Below are positions 58,700 to 64,000 of a DNA stretch of 64,000 nt, one piece after another. Every line of letters starts with the position of its first letter. Position 1 is the stretch's first letter. A program made the translations under genes and the position numbers. Source of the DNA: Hyphomicrobiales bacterium (GTDB lineage: Bacteria > Pseudomonadota > Alphaproteobacteria > Rhizobiales > JAJFHR01); assembly GCA_021775475.1 (NCBI GenBank), contig JAJFHS010000028.1, forward strand, positions 15,729 to 79,728, in the 5' to 3' direction. The notes under the pieces were generated by a model. The model did not search any database. It worked only from the letters and a program-made list of their open reading frames with translations, and was not told the origin of the DNA.

Positions 58700-59854
58700 T
58701 TAATTTTTTGCCGGATTGGGTAGTGGTGCATATGGCGGAAGCGTTGGTGGCTCAACCACCAGTTCTTCCCCGCTAAAGGCGTCAAGGAAAGCCACAAGAT
58801 CTTCGACTTCTTTTTCAGACAATCCCAGTGGCTTGATTAAAGGCGATTTGCTTTTTGCCATGGTGCCATCGGTAAAGTCATTTTCGCCGCCACCCTGGTT
58901 ATAAAATTCAACAACCTCTGTCAGGTCCCAGAACGAACCATTGTGCATATAAGGAGCTGTGTACTTGAGATAGCGCAGAGGAGGAGTTCTGAACTTGCCC
59001 ATGTCGACCTTCTGCTTGGTGCGATAATAAAGACCTGCATCGTCTTTTATTTTACGATACATTTTTTGCGTTACACCTTTGGCAAACTGTTCGTAACGGA
59101 AGGTGATTTGAGCCAGACCGTCTTCTCCCCAGCGTTCGGAAGGAGGCACGCCCAGATTGTAATATTTCTGGTCGGTGGCAAGTGCGCCATTATGGCAGGC
59201 AATACAACCAGCCTTGCCGTTGAACAGTTCCAGCCCGCGTTTTTGCTGGGCGCTGAGGGCTTTTTTGTCACCGCGCAGATACTTGTCCAGCGGTGTGTTG
59301 TTGTGGATCAACGTGCGTTCGAACGAGGCAATTGCCTTCCAGGCATCCGAAATTAGTGGCCAATCGGTGCCAAAGGATTGTTTGAAAAGTTTGCGATATT
59401 CCGGAATGAAAGCCAGCCTTGCCTCCATCACATCATTTTCACCATTGCCGGCAACACCACCTTTGGCAGCACTCGGAGCCTGCTTTTCCAAAGACGAGGC
59501 GGCACCGACCCAGAACAACTTCATCAGGTAAGCAGAATTCACCACCGTTTGACTGTTACGCCAGTGAACCGTACCGGGATAGCCGCGTGACAATGCATCA
59601 CCAAAGCCCCAACCCTGATCGGGTTCATGGCAGGTCACGCAACCGGTGGAGGCATCGCCGCCAAGCCGAGGGTCCCAAAACAACATCTTGCCAAGCTTGA
59701 CTTTAACATCTGACAGCTTGTTGTCAGCTGGAATTGGCGGATCTCCCAGAGGTGCCAATGGCGGCACGTCTGATCCAGCGTGTACGATGCCAACGGTGGC
59801 GACGGTGATGAGTGCTCCGGCGAGGAGACCCGATATTTTCTTTGCAAATTTCAT
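58700..59854 (-). CDS. dihaem cytochrome c peroxidase (CCP/MauG family; IdrP-like position)
   Basis: Signal peptide. Two CxxCH motifs (CVTCHEP, CIACHNG). TAPYMHNGSF motif. Confidence 0.88.
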   Translation of the reverse strand: MKFAKKISGLLAGALITVATVGIVHAGSDVPPLAPLGDPPIPADNKLSDVKVKLGKMLFWDPRLGGDASTGCVTCHEPDQGWGFGDALSRGYPGTVHWRNSQTVVNSAYLMKLFWVGAASSLEKQAPSAAKGGVAGNGENDVMEARLAFIPEYRKLFKQSFGTDWPLISDAWKAIASFERTLIHNNTPLDKYLRGDKKALSAQQKRGLELFNGKAGCIACHNGALATDQKYYNLGVPPSERWGEDGLAQITFRYEQFAKGVTQKMYRKIKDDAGLYYRTKQKVDMGKFRTPPLRYLKYTAPYMHNGSFWDLTEVVEFYNQGGGENDFTDGTMAKSKSPLIKPLGLSEKEVEDLVAFLDAFSGEELVVEPPTLPPYAPLPNPAKN

Positions 59855-59872
59855 CGAATAATCTCCCTTGAT

Positions 59873-60994
59873 CTAATTTTTAACGGCGCGCCAGTTTTCG
59901 ATGGCGGTATAATTGGTGGGGATTTTTTCCTTCCAGACGAATTCCTTGGTGTTCAATGGATCGCCTGACAGAGCCTCCAGGAAGGCAACAAGATCTTTTT
60001 GTTGACCAAACGTCAGCTCAAGCGGTTTTAAATTCTTATCTTTGTTTTTATCTTCACCACCACCGTGGTTATAAAAAGCCACCACTTCAAACAGCGAATT
60101 AAACATGCCGTTGTGCATATAAGGTGCAGTGTATTTCAACTCGCGCAAAGTTGGCGTGGCGAACTTCGCAATATTGGAACCATCGGCTTTGGGGTTGAGG
60201 ATGTTGGCACCGACATCACGACGAACATTCATGATATTTCCAATGCCCATAAATGTGCCAAAAGCCACATAGGTCATATGACGCATTGGATCAGACCAGA
60301 TTTCCGGGTTTTCCGGAACGCCAAGATTATAGACCTTGTCGTTGGTAAAATTTGCCCCACTATGGCAGCTGGCACATTGCGCTTTGCCTTTGAACAATTC
60401 ATATCCACGTTTGGCTGCGGGTGTCATGGACCCTTTGTCAAAGGGGGAGTTGCGCGACGTCAGTGTTTTCAAATACTCAGGTATGGCTTTTCGAACCGAA
60501 CCGTTGGAAGGTTCACCATAGCCCGCATCTTTGAACATCTTTACGTATACAGGATCCTGCTTGAGACGCTCCTGCATCAGGCGCATGTCCATGTTCATGA
60601 TGTAATCTTCAGTGATCATCTCACGCGTAACATCATTCAGATTGGTGCCAATGCGACTGTCGTGGAACCAGTTTTTCCGGGTCGCGGTATTTATCAAAGT
60701 AGGTGTATTGCGAAATCCTTTTGAGCCCGGATAGGCTTTGGACAAAGCCAGACCGTCGCTGAAACCTTTGTCAGGCTGGTGACAGGTGGCACAACTGATT
60801 GCTGCATCACCGGACAGCCTTTGGTCAAAAAACAAACGTTTGCCGAGTTCCGCTTTTTTGGCATCAACTTTGATCGGCTTGATTGGCCCCTGATTGTTTT
60901 GGCCAGCAATTACAGTGCCTAAAAAAACAATAGAACCAATCAGTCCCGTTGACAGCGCCAGCATAAATCTTGTTTTGCTACCGAACGTCTTCAT
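59873..60994 (-). CDS. dihaem cytochrome c peroxidase (CCP/MauG family; IdrP-like position), paralogue of the previous gene
   Basis: CATCHQP and CASCHSG haem motifs. TAPYMHNGMF. I place the start at ATG 60994 (MKTFGSKTRFMLALS..., AAGGGAG RBS), because the track start 61084 overlaps the FNR-type box. Confidence 0.85.
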   Translation of the reverse strand: MKTFGSKTRFMLALSTGLIGSIVFLGTVIAGQNNQGPIKPIKVDAKKAELGKRLFFDQRLSGDAAISCATCHQPDKGFSDGLALSKAYPGSKGFRNTPTLINTATRKNWFHDSRIGTNLNDVTREMITEDYIMNMDMRLMQERLKQDPVYVKMFKDAGYGEPSNGSVRKAIPEYLKTLTSRNSPFDKGSMTPAAKRGYELFKGKAQCASCHSGANFTNDKVYNLGVPENPEIWSDPMRHMTYVAFGTFMGIGNIMNVRRDVGANILNPKADGSNIAKFATPTLRELKYTAPYMHNGMFNSLFEVVAFYNHGGGEDKNKDKNLKPLELTFGQQKDLVAFLEALSGDPLNTKEFVWKEKIPTNYTAIENWRAVKN

Positions 60995-61083
60995 GGAGTT
61001 ACTCCCTTTTGTTCCCGGGTGAGTCGACGAGACATCGTCCACAAATGCTGCGTTACTGTCGCTGGCAATGCCATGTGGGGTCA

Positions 61084-61097
61084 TTGACGAATGTCAA
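61084..61097. promoter_or_regulatory. perfect-arm FNR/FixK-type box TTGACGAATGTCAA upstream of the peroxidase / Rieske / Mo-enzyme operon
   Basis: TTGAC-N4-GTCAA. The centre is 96 nt upstream of the ATG at 60994. Third copy of this motif within 14 kb. Confidence 0.62.
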
Positions 61098-61168
61098 GAA
61101 TGCGCGTGTAAAAATATAAAAACCCGGGAGATTTTATTTTTTTTCAAAATTTTCGAGTGACAGTAAAA

Positions 61169-63436
61169 CTAAACGGAGAATTTGCGGCGCTGCTGCCGCA
61201 CCAAACCCAGGAACAACAGACCGGCAAAAAGGCCCGTGCCGGCGGGAACAGCGATTAGTGTCACCCGGTCTTCGCGCGCTTCCAGCTTCAGCCAGTACCA
61301 TGAGGCAAATGAATGGCGGCCGCCTTTTTCACCGGCAAGACCATCCCAGTTGGCAAAAGAAATTGGTATATATTTTTCTTCTTCAAATTGCAGGTCGAGC
61401 GCATTGTCGGTGACCAGGCTACGATTGAATACAACGCGCCAGCGGCCATCTTTCCAGACACCTTTGGCGGCAAGCCCGCTTGTGTCCTTACGTGGAGCGG
61501 GAGCAGCATTGGGCCCGTTTGCATCCAGCACTAAGGTGCGGGCATTATCTTTAGGCTCAACACTTGGTGCCTGCCAGTACCACATGTTAACGGCACGGTT
61601 TTTGTCGCCGTGACGAAATGCGGGCTTTTCACTTGTAAGAGGAATTAATCGTGGCAATTGAACGGCAATGGCATCGCGGGTTGGTTCGACATCGGCCAGT
61701 CTGTATTGTTTTTCCAGCTTATCGCCGGGTACCGAATAGGTGCGATCATCCACATCAACACGTATGGCCAGATTTTTGTCATTAAACAGAACGCGGATTG
61801 TCGCCCGGTCGTTCAGGGAAAAGAACAATCGAGGTTCTTTGATAATGTTCGGCGCCATGGCAAATGTCATGGGCAATGCTTTACCCCATTCAGGATCGCC
61901 CGGATCTGTTGGAAGCTCACCATCCACACGCCGGGCTTTGATAACTGTCTCACCTTTGGATAACTGTACGGAAGTGTTTCTTAACGACATTACATAATTG
62001 GCAATGTTCCAGCGATCATCGGTTGACATAGTGGTTGTGTGTTCGGGCATTGGTGTCGAGCGAATACCGGTTGAGATGCGTTCAAACACATCTTTTGCGG
62101 TTTTGGTAAAACGCCAGGTTTCCGGCCGGGTCAGATTGCGTGGCCAAATGCGATCCTGCCAATCATCTTTCAGTTTTTTACCTGAGGTAATATTACCGCG
62201 CCCCGATAGCCCGTGACATTGAGCGCAGGCTTTTACAAATGATTTCCAGCCCTTGGCGATTGATTCAGGTGAGGTTTTGACCTGTTGACCGGGATCAATG
62301 GGTTTGTTTTCAATATCTTCTTCATCCCAGTCACCAAATTTCTTGATCTTCAATATCAGACCGTCCACTTCGCGTGGCGTAAGAATGGATTTCCACGCCG
62401 GCATGGCGGTACCCGGCAGACCTTGCAGAATGGTCTTGCGCAAATCATCATCATACGGAAATTCATTATCTGCACTGGTGGTCTTGTATTTGAATGACGC
62501 TATGGTGAAATCGCGCGGCTTGGGGTAGAGAAATTCAGCTGCCGGGCCGGTGCCATCACCTTCGACGCCGTGACACTGAGCACAGCGTTTGGCGTAAACA
62601 GTGTCAATTGAGACTTCCTTGGTTTTTTTGTCTTCAGGCGCAGCGGCAGTCGCTACCGATTTGTCCGGCGCATCTTCAAGTTCCCATGATCGCGGGGCAT
62701 AACCGGTGTAGTCATACAGGAATGTGATGAGTTTCCAGACTTCCTCTTCTTTCAGCATTCCACGCCACACCGGCATGGCTGAGGCCCACGGGGTTCCTTC
62801 GCGTGGCAGGCCGGGACCACCTGTGGTTATGCGCCAGAAAAGAAAAGATTCCTGCAGTTGCGCAATGGTTCTGACATCTTGAAAATTAATCGGCCGGGGA
62901 TTGAATGCGGGCGCAAAAACTCCGGCACCATCAAGCATGTCACCATGGCAAAACACACAGTTTTTATAATAAAGCTGTCTGCCTTCTGCGACCGCTGATT
63001 GATATCCTTGCGATCCTTTTGGATTGGCATCACGAATAGGATTGGTCAATTTGAGCAGGTTGAAGGTTTTGCCATAGACCTTAAGCGATGAAGGTGGTGC
63101 AGGATGTACTGTGCGCAATTCTACCGGCGAGGCCGTTGTTGGCTTTATCTTGTTGTAAGTAAAACCAGCGACGCCGCCAACAATTACAATCAGAGCAACT
63201 CCGCGAGCCATGGCCATTTTCGGACTGCCCAGAAGGGTTATAATTGGTGCAACAAACCGGCTGGCGGAAGTGTCCTCGAAAGTCGCAACCAAAACAACGG
63301 AGACGGCTATGATGATCATATACTGAATGACGATTGATTGCGGCAACGGTGGCGAAATGATTTGTGTGAACACCACGTAGGCGGCAACGAGTGTCAGAAT
63401 AGACAGAAACAGGGGATGTGAAAAAAAACGTTTCAT
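61169..63436 (-). CDS. membrane-anchored trihaem cytochrome c fused to an EB_dh (ethylbenzene-dehydrogenase gamma / DOMON-like haem b) domain
   Basis: Three N-terminal TM helices. Three CxxCH motifs (CVFCHG, CAQCHG, CAQCHG). The C-terminal ~250 aa has the EB_dh pattern (NMWYWQA, GVWKDGRWRVVFNRSL, ISFANWDG). A final TM helix follows. Confidence 0.72.
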   Translation of the reverse strand: MKRFFSHPLFLSILTLVAAYVVFTQIISPPLPQSIVIQYMIIIAVSVVLVATFEDTSASRFVAPIITLLGSPKMAMARGVALIVIVGGVAGFTYNKIKPTTASPVELRTVHPAPPSSLKVYGKTFNLLKLTNPIRDANPKGSQGYQSAVAEGRQLYYKNCVFCHGDMLDGAGVFAPAFNPRPINFQDVRTIAQLQESFLFWRITTGGPGLPREGTPWASAMPVWRGMLKEEEVWKLITFLYDYTGYAPRSWELEDAPDKSVATAAAPEDKKTKEVSIDTVYAKRCAQCHGVEGDGTGPAAEFLYPKPRDFTIASFKYKTTSADNEFPYDDDLRKTILQGLPGTAMPAWKSILTPREVDGLILKIKKFGDWDEEDIENKPIDPGQQVKTSPESIAKGWKSFVKACAQCHGLSGRGNITSGKKLKDDWQDRIWPRNLTRPETWRFTKTAKDVFERISTGIRSTPMPEHTTTMSTDDRWNIANYVMSLRNTSVQLSKGETVIKARRVDGELPTDPGDPEWGKALPMTFAMAPNIIKEPRLFFSLNDRATIRVLFNDKNLAIRVDVDDRTYSVPGDKLEKQYRLADVEPTRDAIAVQLPRLIPLTSEKPAFRHGDKNRAVNMWYWQAPSVEPKDNARTLVLDANGPNAAPAPRKDTSGLAAKGVWKDGRWRVVFNRSLVTDNALDLQFEEEKYIPISFANWDGLAGEKGGRHSFASWYWLKLEAREDRVTLIAVPAGTGLFAGLLFLGLVRQQRRKFSV

Positions 63437-64000
63437 GGGTTTTCCGGCAGGTTTTTCAGGTAATCGATAATCAGGTTCAATTCGCTCACCCGCATCTGCT
63501 CACCAAAGTCGTCAGGCATGGTATCGGCTTCAAAGCCTTCGGCAATTTCCGCATTGGGTTTGATAATTGCTTCAGTGATTTTGGCATCATCAAGTTTTTT
63601 GGAAATACCGTTTAGTTTTGGTCCGATATCAGCCTCCGATCCCTCCAGATCATGACAGGAGCTGCAACCGAATTTTTCCAATGCCGCAACGGCAGTGGTT
63701 GACGGACCTTCTTCTTCCTCACCGGCGTCGTTGCTGGGCGCAGGTGCTTCACTGGCACTTGGCAGGGCTATTGTGGGGGTGAGACCGGCCCGGTCCTGTA
63801 AAAATGCCGTAATCGCATTTATTTCAACCGGTGACAGAGAGATCGGGGGCAAATTAATTTTTGGCATTTGGCTGATGGTGTCACCAGAACCTTTTTTACC
63901 AAATCCGGCAACCACATATTTTGAAGGATCGAGCATCGATTCATGAATATACTCACCAATAGCCTGCGCACCTTCTTTGGACTTGGCGATGCCTGTGTAG
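63433..64000 (-). CDS. multihaem class I cytochrome c (5' end outside the window)
   Basis: The frame stays open to the window edge upstream of the track ATG (63936). One complete domain has CSSCHD ... TMP, and the tail of a preceding haem domain is visible (SQMP). ATGA overlap with the 755-aa cytochrome gene. Confidence 0.7.
   Translation of the reverse strand, partial: YTGIAKSKEGAQAIGEYIHESMLDPSKYVVAGFGKKGSGDTISQMPKINLPPISLSPVEINAITAFLQDRAGLTPTIALPSASEAPAPSNDAGEEEEGPSTTAVAALEKFGCSSCHDLEGSEADIGPKLNGISKKLDDAKITEAIIKPNAEIAEGFEADTMPDDFGEQMRVSELNLIIDYLKNLPENP

Noticed and set aside
60995-61084. ORF-track N-terminal extension of the first peroxidase (MTPHGIASDS...)
   Set aside because: The extension has no signal-peptide character and its ATG overlaps the TTGACGAATGTCAA box. 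The internal ATG at 60994 gives a normal signal peptide and has an AAGGGAG RBS.
61105-61145. Possible terminator after the 755-aa cytochrome gene (AAAAACCCGGGAGATTTTATTTTTTTT)
   Set aside because: CCCGGG is only a 6-bp self-complementary site with no loop, so no stable hairpin forms. Read-through from the cytochrome genes into the peroxidase operon cannot be excluded.
1-64000. Mobile elements, CRISPR arrays, tRNA/rRNA genes, prophage or toxin-antitoxin/defence modules
   Set aside because: I saw no transposase- or integrase-like translations, direct-repeat/spacer arrays, tRNA-like cloverleaf regions or typical defence gene pairs in any frame. The right-hand island has no visible mobility scars within the window.

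Overview
Densely coding 64-kb chromosomal window of about 50 % GC. It is probably from a marine Rhodospirillales-like alphaproteobacterium; this is inferred from a Rhodospirillum-type form II RuBisCO and CbbY. I saw no rRNA, tRNA, IS element, integrase or CRISPR array. All functional calls come from motif recognition in the supplied translations and no database search was run. My own non-CDS coordinates may be off by 1-2 nt. (1) 0.1-26.6 kb holds catabolic and housekeeping genes. These are a LigB-type dioxygenase, a GST, a LivFGMH-K type ABC importer, an alpha/beta hydrolase and a thiol-dioxygenase-like cupin with a four-domain rhodanese. There is also a beta-oxidation style set (two acyl-CoA dehydrogenases, FadB-like enzyme, thiolase, SDR, MDR reductase), a TAXI-TRAP transporter, an ADP-forming acyl-CoA synthetase and an IclR regulator. 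The same operator-like palindrome occurs in two promoters of that set. The block ends with nitronate monooxygenase, an AhpD-like protein and gamma-glutamyltransferase. (2) 26.8-40.4 kb holds a large MCP, then divergent cbbR and a cbbF-cbbP-cbbA-cbbM-rpe-cbbY Calvin-cycle operon, a thioredoxin-like gene, and a thiolase-like/acyl-CoA ligase/2x PPC(DUF296) cluster. (3) 40.4-45.7 kb holds a split B12 acyl-CoA mutase cluster (large subunit, MeaB-like GTPase, PaaK-type ligase, B12 subunit, GntR). The large subunit carries the Ile/Asp substrate-site signature of 2-hydroxyisobutyryl-CoA mutase. (4) 46.9-64 kb is the most interesting part: an apparently anaerobically controlled island marked by three TTGAC-N4-(A/G)TCAA (FNR/FixK-type) boxes and its own Crp/Fnr regulator. 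It encodes cytochromes c, including a trihaem-c/EB_dh fusion. It also encodes two tandem dihaem peroxidases plus an AioBA-like Rieske/Mo oxidoreductase, an architecture of the iodate-reductase IdrP1P2BA type rather than of arsenite oxidase. After a terminator comes a separately promoted seven-gene operon of a composition I cannot match to any described system. That operon holds a HEAT-repeat protein, a cupredoxin-like protein, a 36-aa TM peptide, a tandem USP with three BchB-C-terminal-like (PCP_red) modules, a NirJ/AhbD-like radical SAM/SPASM protein with a fourth PCP_red module, and a HemY-like FAD oxidase.
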